Source: Squalus acanthias (taxonomy: Eukaryota). From it: a stretch of DNA of 64,000 nt. The notes beneath the pieces were generated by a model, which was given only the letters and a program-made list of their open reading frames with translations, ran no database searches and was not told the DNA's origin. The DNA is taken from NCBI GenBank assembly GCA_030390025.1, contig CM059427.1, positions 208,382,001-208,446,000 on the forward strand, read 5' to 3'. A program made the translations under genes and the position numbers. Position 1 is the stretch's first letter. Every line of letters begins with the position of its first letter. Shown piece after piece: positions 12,301-25,500 of the stretch.

Positions 12301-13051
12301 ATGGTGAGAGATTGGGAAAAGTTGGTTTTCAGAGGGAACTGGGTGTCCTTGTACACCAATCGCTGAAAGTTAACTTGCAGGTACTGCAAGCAATTCGGAA
12401 AGCAAATGATTTGATGACCATTATTACAAGAGGATTTGAGTATAAGTGTAAAGACGTCATATTCCAATTATATAGCGCCCAGGTGAGATCACATCTGGAG
12501 TATTGTGTACAGTTTTGGTCTCCTTACCGAAGGAAGGATATACTTGCCATAGAGAGAGACAACGAAGGTTCACCAGACTGGTTCCTGGGATGGGGGGTTT
12601 GGCCTATGAGGAGAGATTTAGTAGACTAGGCCTATATTCTCACGAGTTTAGAAGAATGAGAGGAGATCTCACTGAAACACACAAAATTCTTACAAGGCTT
12701 GACAGGGTAGAAGCAGCGAGGATGTTTCCCTGGCTGGGGAGCCTAGAACCAGGGGTCACCGTCAGAGTATAAGGGGTCGGACTATGTGACTGAGATGAGG
12801 AGAAATCTCTTCACTTAGAGGGTGGTGAATCTTTGGAATTCTCTACCCCAGAGGGCTGTGGAGGCTCACTCGTTGAATATATTCAAGACAGAGATCGATA
12901 TATTTTTGAATATTATGGTAATCAATGGATATGGGGACAGTGCAGGAAAAGAGTTGAGGTAGAAGATCAGCCATGATGTTATTGAATGGTGGAGCAGGCT
13001 CGAAGGGCAAAATGGCCTCCTGCTGCTCCTCTGTTCTTATGTTGTTATTTT
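9313..13051 (+). mobile_element. CR1 LINE, 5' UTR to tail, with internal deletions (decayed esterase ORF1, APE, RT C-terminus)
   Basis: VVLVHVGTNDI (SGNH esterase), VGVVYRPP, KSDHNMIEF, HLEYCVQFWSP and a CR1 tail. The flanks join seamlessly in the copy B intron (empty site near 36020). Confidence 0.9.
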
Positions 13052-15029
13052 CTGACAGTTCTCACAGTGACCGCTGCTGAGCCCGGGAGTTCCCGTCTTC
13101 AATCATTGAGTGAGGCTGCATAACTGGTGTCATGTCTCGTAACTGAGTCACAAAGTTTTAGGCTCAATATCCACTCTAAAACTTTTTATTTATTCGTTCA
13201 TGGGATGCGGGCGTCGCTGGCAAGGCCAGCATTTATTTCCCATCCCTAGTTGTCCTTGATCAGGTGGTGGTGAGCCGCCTTCTTGAAACGCTGCATCGTG
13301 TTGTGAAGGTATTCCCAAAGCGCTGTTATGGAGGGAGTTCCAGGATTTTGACCCAGCGACGATGAAGTAACGGCGATAAATTTCCAAGTCAGGATGGTGT
13401 GTGACTTGGAGGGGAACTTGGGTGGTGGTTCTCCCAAGCGCCTGCTGCCCTTGTCCTTCTAGATGATAGTGGTCGCGGATATCGGAGAAGCTGCCAAAGA
13501 AGCCTCGGTACTCCGGTTGTGGAGGGAGTGAATGTTTAATGTGGTGGATGGGGTACTAATCAAGCAGGCTGCTTTTGCTTGCATAGTGTCGAGCTTCTTG
13601 ACTGTAGTTGGAGCTGCACTCAACCAGGGAAGTGGCGAGTGTTCCATTGCACTCCTGACTTGTGCCTTGTAGATGGGGGAAAGGCTTTGGGGAATCAGGA
13701 GGTGAGACACTCGCCGCAGAATCCCCAGCCTCTGACCTGCTCTTGTTGCCACAGTATTTCTGTGGCCGGACCAGTTAAGTTTCTGGTCAATGGTGACCCC
13801 CAGGATATTGATGGTTGGGATTCGGCGATGTTAATGCCGGTGAATGTCAAGATGAGGTGGTTAGGCGTTCGCTTGTTGGAGATAATCATTGCCTGGCCCT
13901 TGTGTGGCACAAATGTTACGTGCCACTTATCAGCCCAAGCCTGAATGTCGTCCAGGTCTTGTTGCTTGCGTGCATGGACTGCTTCATTATCTGAGGAGTT
14001 GTGAATGTTACTGAACACTGTGCAGTCATCAGCAAACATCCCCATTTCTGACCTTATGTTGCAGGGAAGTTCATTGATGAAGCAGCTGAAGATGGTTGGG
14101 CCTCGGACACTGCCCTGAGGGCCTCCTGCAGCGATATGCTGGGGTAGTGATGATAGATCTCCAACTACCACAACCATCTTCCTTTGTGCTAGGTGTGACT
14201 CCAGCCAGTGGAGAGTTTTCCCACTGATTCCCATTGACTTAAGTTTTACCAGGGTTCTTTGGTGCCACACTCTGTCAAATGCTGCCTTGATGTCAAGGGC
14301 AGTCGCTCTCACCTCACCTCTGGAATTCAGCTCCTTTGTCCATGTTTGGACCAAGGCTGTAATGAGGGCGGGAGCCGAGTGGTCTTTGCGGAACCCAAAC
14401 TGGGCATCAAGGAGCAGGTTATTGGTGAGTAAGTGCCGTTTGATAGCACTCACGACGACAAGTCAAGACTCGGTTTCACAGTCACATCATTTTCCTCAGC
14501 AACTGTCTCCGGTTCCGACTTATCCCACGTGGATTCCAACTAAACTTCCACCCTTCGAGTTTCGGATCCACCCAGGATTACAAATATCTCCAAGATATTC
14601 ATAGTTCCTCGATCTACTGCTCTCGCCGCTTCTTGAGATCCACGCTCAACACCATGCGGCGCCACATGAACACTCTCGACCTCTCTCTTCAGCAGCACCG
14701 ACGCACTCTATCTCAAAGCTGTCCGGGTCCACAGTTCCATTTCATCCTTAGACTCATCCGACGCTTCAAAAAAATACTTTTCTTCTTCCTTTCCGATGTC
14801 AAGGATCGTAAGCTTCAACAACTCTTGGACAGTAACGCCCCCCTTCACTTTCCTCTGACCCCCCATCTCCCAATCTCACCCCCTGCCGCGTTTTCACTAT
14901 CCCCTCTGACCGTCCCCTCTCTGACCCCGAACGATCAGTCCTCAGCAAAGGCCTGAGCTTCATCCCCTTACGCCCCCACCTCAATGAATTTCGAGCTCCG
15001 CACGATGCTGAGCTCTTTTTCCGCCGCCG

Positions 15030-16175
15030 CAACAAGTAGCCAGTGGTGTTCCGCAGGGGTCGGTGCTGGGTCCCCAACTCTTTACAATCTATAATAACGA
15101 TTTGGAGGAGGGGAATGAGTGTAACATATCAAAGTTTGCAGATGATACAAAGATGGGAGGGAAAGTAGAGAGAGAGGAGGAAATAAAAAACATACAAGGG
15201 GAAATAGACAGGCTGGGTGAGTGGGCAGAGATTTGGCAGATGCAATACAATATTGGAAAATGTGAGGTTATGCACTGTGGCAGGAAAAATCAGAGAGCAA
15301 GTTATTATCTTAATGGCGAGAAACTGGAAAGTACTGCAGTACAAAGGGATCTGGGTGTCTTGGCGCAAGAAAATCAAAAAGTTAGTATGCAGGTGCAGCA
15401 GGTGATCAAGAAAGCCAATGGAATGTTGGCTTTTATTGCTAGGGGGATAGAATATAAAAACAGGGAGGTATTGCTGCAGTTGTATAGGGTATTGGTGAGA
15501 CCGCACCTGGAGTACTGCATACAGTTTTGGTGTCCATACTTAAGAAAAGACATACTTGCTCTCGAGGCAGTACAAAGAAGGTTCACTCGGTTAATTCCGG
15601 GGATGAAGGGGTGGACATACGAGGAGAGGTTGAGTAGATTGGGACTCTACTCATTGGAGTTCAGAAGAATGAGAGGCGATCTTATTGAAACATATAAGAT
15701 TGTGAAGGGGCTTGATCAGGTGGACGCGGTGAGGATGTTCCCAATGATGGGTGAAACTAGGACTAGGGGACATAATCTTAGAATAAGGGGCTCCTCTTTC
15801 AAAACTGAGATGAGGAGAAACTTTTTCACTCAGACGGTAGTGGGTCTGTGGAATTTGCTACCCCAGGAAGCTGTGGAAGCTACTTCATTAAATACATTTA
15901 AAACAGAAATAGACCGTTTCCTAGAAGTAAAGGGAATCAGGGGTTACGGGGAGCGGGCTGGAAATTGGACATGAGTTTGAGTTCGGATCGGTCAAGGCCC
16001 TGTGGGCGGCGGAGCGGGCCCAGGGGCCGAGTGGCCTGGTCCTGCTCCTAATTCCTGTGTTGTTTAGAGTTGAGTTTGGATCAGATCAGCCATGATCTCA
16101 TTGAATGGCGGAGCAGGCTCGAGGGGCCGATTGGTCTACTCCTGCTCCTATTTCTTATGTTCTTATGTTATTATG
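15030..16175 (+). mobile_element. 5'-truncated young CR1 LINE (uninterrupted 303-aa RT C-terminus)
   Basis: ORF 15063-15974 (GPQLFTIY...KFADD...RPHLEYCIQFW), a duplicated 3' UTR and a (TTCTTATG)n-type tail. Confidence 0.92.
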
Positions 16176-18520
16176 TTCGTCTCCATGCCCACTTCATTGG
16201 CCAGGAGTCTTCCCCCCGCATGGCTGACCCTTTATCCCGCTTTCAGAATTCTCGTTCCACCTGGACCCCTCCCTCTGGCCTCTTACCCTCTCGAGATCTT
16301 TTCATTGCTAACGGCCGCCGTGACATCGGCCATCTCAATTTCTCTGATACCCTCATTCACTCCTACCTACCTCCATCTGAACTTGCAGCACTCCATTCTC
16401 TCCGATCCAACCCCGACCTTGTCATTAAACCTGCTGACAAGGGTGGTGCTGTTGTTGTTTGGCGAACCGAACTCTACCTAGCGGAAGTTGAACGCCAACT
16501 CTCCGACATCGCCTCCTACCTCCACCTGGACCATGACCCCACTACCAAACATCAAGCCACCGTTTCCAAGACTGTCACTGACCTCATCTCCTCTGGAGAT
16601 CTTCCCCCACGGCCGCCTACCACATAGTTCCCCAACCACGCACAGCCCGCTGCTACCTCCTTCCCAAGTTCCACAAACAGGACTGCACTGGTAGACCCAT
16701 CGTTTCAGCCTGCTCTTGCCCCACGGAACTTATCTCTTCCTATCTCGATTCTATTTTTTCTCCCCTTGTCCACTCTCTTCCCACCTACATCCACGATTAC
16801 TCTGACGCCCTCCGCCACTTTAACAGTTTCCAGTTTCCAGACCCCAACCACCTCCTTTTCACTATTGACGTACAATCCCTCTACACCTCCATCCCCCACC
16901 AGGATGGCCTGAGGGCGCTCCGCTTCTTCTTCGAACAGATGCCCAACCAATCCCCAGCCACCGCCAAACTCCTCCACCTGGCTGAACTTGTTCTCACAGT
17001 TGAACAACTTCTCCTTTGACTCCACTCATTTCCTCCAAATCAAAGGTGTTGCTATGGGTACCCGCATGGGTCCTAGCTATGCCTGCCTTTTCGTGGGATA
17101 TGTGGAACACTCTTTGTTCCAGGCCTACTCGGGTCCCCTCCCTCACCACTTTTTCCGGTACATTGATGACTGTATCGGTGCCGTTTCCTGCTCTCTCCCT
17201 GAAATAGACAATTTCATTCACTTTGCCTCCAATTTCCACCCGCCCCTCACCTTCACATGGTCCATCTCCGACTCTTCCCTTCCCTTCCTCGACTTCTCCG
17301 TCTCCATCTCTGGGGATAGGTTATTGACAAACATTCACTACAAGCCCACTGACTCCCACAGCTACCTGGACTACACTTCCTCCCACCCCGCCTCCTGTAA
17401 GGACTCTATTCCCTTCTCCCAGTTTCTCCATCTCCGCCGCATCTGCTCCGACGATGCCACCTTCCATACCAGTACTTCCGACATGTCTTCCTTTTTCCTC
17501 AACTGAGGATTCCCCTCTACCGTGGTCGACAATGCCCTCGACCGTGTTCGTTCTATCTCCCGCACTTCTGCCCTCACCCCGGCCCCTCCCTCCCAGAACC
17601 ACGATAGATTTCCCCTTGTCCGCACCTTTCACCCCACCAGCCTCCACATTCAACGGATCATCCTCTGCCATTTCCGCCACCTCCAACATGATCCCACCAC
17701 CAAACGTATCTTCCCCTCACCTCCCCTTTCAGCATTCCGTAGGGACAGCTCCCTCCGAGACACACTAGTCCACTCCTCTATCACCCCCAACACCCCTTCC
17801 CCTTCGCCCGGCACCTTCCCGTGCAAGCGCAGGAGATGCAACACCTGCCCTTATACATCCCCCCTTCCCACTCTCCAGGGCCCCAAACACCCCTTCCAGG
17901 TGAAACAGCGATTTACTTGTACTTCTTACAATCTAGTATACTGTATTCGCTGCTCACAATGTGGTCTCCTCTACATTGGGGAGACCAACCGCAGATTGGG
18001 TTACCGCTTTGCGGAACACCTCCGTTCAGTCTGTAAGGGTGACCCCGAGCTTCCGGTCGCTTGTCATTTTAATTCACCTCTCCACGTCCACTCAGACCTC
18101 ACCATCCTTGGTCTCGTGCATTGTTCCACGGAAGCTTAGCGTAAGCTCGAGGAACAGCACCTCATCTTTCGTTTAGGCACTTTACAGCCTTCCGAACTCA
18201 ATATCGATTTCAACAATTTCAGATCATATACTCGGCCCCTACCACATATATATATACATTTTATCCACCATTTTGGTTCGTGCCTTTTTCCTTTTTTTTT
18301 TTCTCTCTCCCATTACGGCAGCTGTCTCTCATTCTGCCAAGATTTCACTCTTCACACTTCTAGCCACCTTTTGTTTCTTAACCTGTCCCATTACCAACTC
18401 GTCTTGCCTTGAGCATCTCTTAATGTCTCTACTTACCATAGACCACCCCTTTTGTTCTTTTATTCCTCCCCCCAGCCACCACTTTGCTTTTTTAACTGTT
18501 TCATTTCCTACTTTTTTCTC

Positions 18521-18556
18521 AGTTCTGACGAAGGGTTTCGACCTGAAACGTCAACT
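18521..18556 (+). ncRNA. Minimal hammerhead ribozyme in a Penelope terminal repeat
   Basis: AGTT-CTGACGA-A-GGGT(TTCG)ACCT-GAAAC-GTC-AACT: stem I, catalytic core, UUCG-capped stem II, palindromic ACGT and a GUC cleavage triplet. Confidence 0.75.
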
Positions 18557-21254
18557 CTGTTTCTCTCTCCACGGATGTTGCCTGGCCTGCTGAGTTTTTC
18601 CAGCGTTTTCTGTTGTTGTTTCAATGTTCCAGCATCCGCAGTATTTTGCTATCGTACCTTCCATCACTTTGCTGATGATTGAGAGTAGACTGCTGGGGCA
18701 GTAATTGGCCGTATTGGACTTGTCCTGCTTTTTGTGGACAGGACATTCCTCGGCAGTTTTCCACATTGTCGAATAGATGTCAGTGTTGTAGCTGTACTGG
18801 AACAGCTTGGCTAGATGCGCAGCTAGTTCTGGAGCACAAGTCTTCAGCACCACAGCCGGGATGTTGTCGGGACCCACAGCCTTTGATGTATCCACTGCGC
18901 TCAGCCGTTTCTTGATATCACGTGGAGTGAATTGGCTGAAGAATGGCTTCTGTGTTGGTGCAAACCTCAGGAGGAGGCCGATATAGATCATCTACTCTAC
19001 GCTTCTAGCTGAAGATGGTTGCAAACGCTTCAGCTTTGTCTTTTGCACTCACGTGCTGGGCTCTACCATCATTGAGAATGGGGATATTCATGGATCCGCC
19101 TCCTCCCGTTAGTTGTTTAATAGTCCACCACCATTCAAGATTGGATGTGGCAGGACTGCGGAGCTTTGATCTGATCCGTTGATTGTGGGATCATTCCCTC
19201 TGTCTATGGCATGCTGATTCCGCTTTTAATCAGGAATGTCGTCCTGTGTTTCAGCTTCCCCAGGCTGGCATCTCATTTTTAGGTACGCCTGGTGCTGCTC
19301 CCGGCATGCTCTTCTACACTCCTTATTGAACCAGTGTTGTTCACCTGGCTTCAATTTAATGGTAGATTGAGGGATATGCCGCGCCATCGGTTACAGATTG
19401 TGATGGAATACAATTCTCCTGCTGCCCCACAGCACCTCATGGATGCTCAGTTTTGAGCTGCTAGACCTGTTCTGTATCTATCCCATTTCGCACGGTGGTA
19501 GTGCCACACAACACGATGGAGGATGACCTCAGTAAGAAGATGGGACTTCGTCTTCACAATGACTGTGCGGTGGTCACTGCTACCAATGCTGTCTTGGACA
19601 GAAACATCTGCGACTGGTAAATTGTTTAGGACGATGTCAAGTAGGTTTTTCCCGCGTTTTGTTTGTCCCACCACCTGTCGCAGGCCCAGACTGGCAGTTA
19701 TATCCTTCAGGTAGTGGTGCTACCGAGACAATCTTGGTGATGGACTTTGAAGTCCCCCACCCAGAGTACATGCTGTGTCCTTGCTACTCTCAGTGCTTCT
19801 TCCAAGTGGTGTTCAACATGAAGGAGTACTGATTCATCAGCTGTGGGAGGACGGTAGGTGCTAATCAGCAGGAGGTTTCCTTGTCCATGCCTGAGCTGAG
19901 GCCATGAAACTCAATAGGGTCCGATGTCAATGTTGTGGACTCCCAGGGCCACTCCTTCCCGACTATATACCACTGTACCGCCACCACTGCAGAGTCTGTC
20001 ATTCAGGACATTCCCAGGGATGGCAATGGAGGAGTTGGGGACATTGGCTGAAAGTTATGATTCTGTGAGTATGACGATGACAGCCTGTTGTTTGACTAAT
20101 CTGTGGGACAGCTCTCCCAATTTTGGCACAAGTCCCAAGATGCTGGTGAGGAGGACTTTGCAGGGTGGACTGGGCTGCGCTGGGTGTCCGCAGCCGGTGC
20201 TGCGGATGCTGCGTGGAGCGTCCGGGTATATTCTTATTATTTTTCGCATTTTTTTTTTACATCTGAGTTGTTCGGCTATTTTAGAGGGGAGTTAAGAGTT
20301 AACCACACTGCTGTGGGTCTGGCGTCACAGGTAGGCCAGCCCAGGTAATAATGGCAGTTTCCCTTCCCTAAAGGATATTAGTGAGCTAGATGGGTTTTTA
20401 CAACAATCCGTTATTTGGTCACTTTTACTGATGCTAGCTTTATTTTCCAGATTTATTTAATTAATTGAATTTTAATTCCACAGCTGCCATGGTGGGTTTA
20501 TGAACTCACGTCTCTGGATCATTAGTCCAATAAAATTACCACTACGCTACCGTTCCCAATCATTTTTACCGGCAGCGCTGTTCAGTACTGAGCAAGTGCT
20601 GCATTGTAGGTGGTGCCTTTCACCGACTGAGACCTCATCCTCTGCCAGTTCTGATGGTTCCGATGAACACCGAGGATCCCAGGTGATTATCAGAAGAAGA
20701 GCTCGGAGTTTTCACTGTGTTCTCGCAACATCCCCTCCGCAAAGTCAATAGCGCCAATTGTTCATCCGCCCCTCGCTGTTTGCGAATATTTTGGCGCAAG
20801 TTGTCTTCCAAAAGTGAATAGTTTTACAGTAATTCATCGGATGAGGGCGTTTTGGGTCCTCCGCAGGAGATAATCCGTTTTAAATGCACTTTTCCTATTT
20901 TCTTGTTACTTTCCACTTTCATTTTTACCCTCTTAAATATCGTCTCAACTGCGTTACTGTAATGTTATATTTACTGATTTGCTATTTTTTCTATTTGATG
21001 TTCGCGCGTTGGTTTCGAGGTGTTTAAGATGCTCTCTTGTTCTCCATTAGGATTCATTATATTATTTCACATTCCGATGTCATTGGTCTGTCTTATTTTT
21101 AACCTGGAGGACTATTTTAAACAAAGTAACAGATGCCCATAGCGTAAGCGATCTGTTTTCAACTCAGGATCACATGTCAAAGCTATAAATTTCACACTGA
21201 ATCCTGTCAAAAGGATGATCTTGCGGGGATTCGGAACAGTAATTTTCCTGTTCT

Positions 21255-22140
21255 CGCTCTCACACACATTCAATCTCTATCCCTCTCTCTCACACACATT
21301 CACTCTCTCTCCCTCTCTCTCACACACAATCACCCTCTCTCCCACTCTCTCACACACATTCACTCTATCTCCCTCTTTCTCACACACATTCACTCTCTCT
21401 CCCTCTCTCTCACACATTCACTCTCTCTCCCTCTCTCTCATACACATTCACTCTCTCTCCATTTCTCTATCACTCATTCACTCTCTCTCCCTCTCTCTCA
21501 CACACATTGACTCTTTCTCCATCTCTCTCTCACTCATTCACTCTCTCCCTCTCTCGCACACACAATCTCTCTCTCTCTCTCACACACACATTCACTCTCT
21601 CTCCGTCTCTCTCACAATCACACTCTCTCCCTCTCTCTCATACACAATCAATCTCTCTCTTCTCAAACACAATCATTCACTCTCTCTCTCCCTCTCTCAC
21701 ACACTCATTTACTCTCTCTCCCTCTCTCTCACACACATTCACACTCTCTCCCTCTCTCTCACACTCATTCACTCTCTCTCCCTCTCTCTCACACTCATTC
21801 ACTCTCTCTCCCTCTCTCTCACACACATTCACTCTATCTCCCTCTCTCTCACACTATCACACTCGCTCCCTCTCTCTCGCAAACATTCACTCTCTCTCCG
21901 TCTCTCTCTCACACTCATTCACTCTCTCTCCCTCTCTCTCACACTCATTCACTCTCTCTCCCTCTATCTCACACACATTCACTCTCTTCCCTCTCTCTCA
22001 CACTCATTCACATTCTCTCCCTCTCTCACACACACATTCACTCTCTCTCTCCCTCTCTCTCAAACACATTCACTCTCTCTCACTCTCTCTCACATACATT
22101 CACTCTCTCTCTCCCTCTCTCACACTCTCTCTCTTTCTGT
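21255..22140. repeat. CT/CA-rich ~30-bp minisatellite abutting the exon 2 acceptor of GPCR A
   Basis: (CTCTCTCTCCCTCTCTCTCACACACATTCA)n; mirrored at 33455-35150. Confidence 0.95.
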
Positions 22141-22524
22141 TACAGCGAACTTGGCAGTGATTGTGATCCTGTCCCGAGGACGGTGCGGTCTCTCCAGATG
22201 TATCAACCTATACCTGTTGTCCATGGCGGTGACGGATCTCCTGGTCATTATCATCGCTGTGATATTTAACCGGATTGTTGATATTTATTTTCCAGTTAGT
22301 TTCCTGTGCATCACTCCGGTCTGTTGTCTCCGTTTTGCCCTAATCTATGCAGCCAGAGATAGTTCTGTCTGGGTAACGGTCGCTTTCACCTTTGATCGAT
22401 TTGTCGCCATTTGTTGCCTGAAGCTGAAAACAAAATATTGCACCGAAAAAACAGCGGTGGTTATAGGAACGGTCAGTGCCGTGAGCTGTTTAAAAAATAA
22501 CATATTTTATTTTATATATGAACC

Positions 22525-25500
22525 GGGTAGGCCCAAAGAGGCGGCGTTCCTGGGTGGAGCGACAGCGGCAACGCGGCGGCAATAAAAGTCGGCAGCGACC
22601 AGGAAGGCTTACCAATCTGAGCCCCGAGAGTGGGAGAGAGAGAGGTAAAAAATAATCAAAGTGTGACGTCAGCAGAAAGCAGGTAAGTGATTGGTTGGTG
22701 AGTATTTCTCTTTTTCTCCTTTTTCCAAACTTATATTTTGTGGTTCATAGTTTCTAGTTTTTTGTGGTGTAGCGGCGACAGTTGGTAAACAAGGGCCCTA
22801 TATAATTTAATTATAGTATAATTGTGGGATTGATTTGATTTAATTTAAGTTCAATGAATTAAAGGGTAAGTCATGGCAACACAGCTCGGCGCTGTGGTAT
22901 GCTCCTCCTACGCTATGTGGGAAATCGGGGACACTTCCTGTGTCCCTGACGACCATATGTGCAGGAAGTGTATCCAGCTGCAGCTACTGGCAGACCGCAT
23001 TGTGGCGCTGGAGTTGCGAATGGATACCTACTGGAGCATTCGCGATGCTGAGGACCTCGTGGATGGCACGTTTAACCAGTTGGTCACACCGCAGGTAAAG
23101 GTTGCACAGGCAGAAAGGGAATGGGTGAACACCAGGCAGAGTAGTAGGCGCAGGCAGGTGGTGCATGAGTCCCGTTGTGGACATCGCCCTCTCAAACAGA
23201 TATACCCCTTTGGATACTGTTGAGGGGGATGGCTTATCAGGGGAAGGCAGCAGCAGCCAACTTCCTGGCACCAGGGTTGGTTCTGCTGCACAGGACGGGA
23301 GGAAAAAGAGGGGTAAAGCTATAGTGTTAGGGGATTCTATTGTAAGGGGAATAGATAGGCATTTCTGCGGCGGCAGACGAGACTCCAGGATGGTGTGTTG
23401 CCTCTCTGGTGCTAAGGTGAAGGATCTCTCAGAGCGGCTGCAGAGCATTTTGGAAGGGGAGGGTGAACAGCCAGTTGTCGTGTTGTATACAGGTACCAAC
23501 GATATAGGTAAAAAAGGGGATGAGGTCCTAAAAGCTGAAGATAGGGAGTTAGGAGGTAAATTAAATAATAGGACCTCAAAGATAGTAAACTCAGGATTGC
23601 TACCAATGCCTCGTGCTAGTCAGAGTAGAAATAGAAGGATATTTCAGGTGAATACGTGGCTAGGAGAATGGTGCAAGGGGGAGTGATTCAAATTCCTGGG
23701 ACATTGGAACCGGTTCTGGGGGAGGTGGGACAAGTACAAATCGCACGGTTTGCACCTGGGCAGGATCGGGACCGATGTCCTTGGGAGAATGTTTTCTTGT
23801 GCTCTGGGGGAGCGTTTAAAGTAAAATGGCAGGGGGTTGGGAACATGAGCAGGGAGACAGAGGAAAGCGAAACAAGGATAGAAGCAAAAGTCAGGAAGGA
23901 AAAAAACAACGGTGTCAGTCAGAGAAATCAAGTGTTTTAATCAAACGTGGCCACAGAAAATAACAATTCTAAAAGGTCTAAGAGCGTTAAAAAAACAAGC
24001 CTGAAGGCTTTGTGTCTTAATGCGAGGAGCATTCGTAATAAGGTGGATGAATTAGCGGCGCAAATAGAGGTAAACGAATATGATATGATTGGGATTATGG
24101 AAACATGGCTCCAGGGTTACCAAGGCTGGGAACTCAACATACAGGGGTATTCAATATACAGGTAAGATAGGCAAAAAGGAAAAGGAGGTGGGGTAGCATT
24201 GCTGGTTAAGGAGGGGATTAACATAATTGTAAGGAAGGATATTAGCTCTGATGATGTGTAATCTGTATGGGTAGAACTGAGAAATACCAAGGGGCAGAAA
24301 ACGCAAGTGGGAGTGGTGTATAGACCCCCAAACAGTAATACGGAGGTTGGGGATGGCATTAAAAGGGAAATTAGAGAAGCGTGCAATAAGAGCACAGCAG
24401 TTATCATGAGCGACTTTAATCTACATATAGGTTCGGCTAACCAAATTAGTAACAATAATGTGGAGGAGGAATTCCTGGAGTGTATACGGGATGATTTCCT
24501 GTAACAATATGTCGAGGAACAAACTAGAGATCAGGCCATGTTAGACTGGGTTTTATGTAATGAGAAAGGATTAATTAACAATCTCTTTGTGCGAGGCCCC
24601 TTGGGTCGGAGCGATCATAATGCGATAGAATTCTTCATTAAGATGGAGAGTGAAGTAGATGAGTCAGAGACTGGTGTCCTGAATTTAAATAAAGGAAACT
24701 ACGATGCTATGAGGCGCGAGTTGGGTAGGATTGATTGGGGAATGTCACTCAAATGGTTGACGGTGGATAGGCAATGGAAAACTTTCAAAGATCGCATGAA
24801 TGAACTACAGAATTTGTTCATCCCAATTTGGCATAAAAATAAAACAAAAAAGGTGACTCAACCGTGGCTAACAAAGGAAATTAGGGACAGCATAAGATCC
24901 AGGGAGAGGACATATACATTGGCCAGAAAAAGCAGAAAACCTGAGGATTGGGAGCAGTATAGGATTCAGCAAAGAGGGACAAAGGGATTAATTAAGAGGG
25001 GGAAAATAGAGTATGAGAGTAAGCTTGGAGGGCACATAAAAACTGACTGTAAAAGCTTTTAGAGATATGTGAAGAGAAAAAGATTGGTGAAGTCAAGCGT
25101 AGGTCCCTTGCAGTCAGAATCAGGGGAATTTATAATGGGGAAAAATAATTGGCAGACCAATTAAATACATACCTTGGTTCTGGCTTCACAAAGGAGGACA
25201 CAAATAACCTCCCAGAGATTTCGGGGAACATAGGGTCTAATGAGAGGGAGGAACTGAAAGAAATCAGTATTGGTAGGGATATAGTGTTCGGGAAATTGAC
25301 GGGATTGAAGGCCGATAAATCCCCAGGGCCTGATAATCTACATCCTAGGGTACTTAAGGAAGTGGCCCGAGAAATAGTAGATGCATTGCTGGTCATCTTC
25401 CAAAATTCTATAGACTCTGGAACAGTACCCATGGATTGCAGGGTAGCTAATGTTACCCCACTATTCAAAAAAGGTGATGGAGAGAAAACGGGGAATTATA

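Larger units (their letters stand above)
14461..18656 (+). mobile_element. Penelope-like retroelement (RT + GIY-YIG), interrupted by a CR1 at 15030-16175
   Basis: VIKPADKGGAVVV, GVAMGTRMGPSYA, FRYIDD, HYKPTDSHSYL and VYCIRCSQCGLLYIGET motifs. ELFFRR|LRLHAHF is split by the CR1. Confidence 0.92.
13183..20556 (-). mobile_element. Non-LTR retrotransposon (APE+RT, CR1/L2 supergroup), split by a Penelope insertion (parts 13183-14460 and 18657-20556)
   Basis: ALDIKAAFDRVWH, GPQGSV, FADD, GPDNIPAVVLKTCAPEL and SDHRTV motifs. The two halves are contiguous across the insert, and the element is absent from copy B. Confidence 0.85.
6221..22524 (+). pseudogene. GPR139-like GPCR, copy A (exon 1 6221-6290; exon 2 22146-22524, truncated)
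   Basis: Exon 1 MHGIPKGMVFPLYYPVIAAIGVP + G|GTAAAG joins in phase 1 to TTACAG|CG AAC. Exon 2 (ANLAVIVILSRGRCGLS...TFDRF...FYFIYEP) is cut by a CR1 at 22525. TM5-TM7 do not resume after the CR1. Confidence 0.88.

Noticed and set aside
21215-22585. 456-aa ORF suggesting a GPCR with a long Ser/Leu/His-rich N-terminus (likewise 33908-35386)
   Set aside because: A stop-free CT repeat reads into exon 2. The true start is exon 1, spliced at TTACAG.
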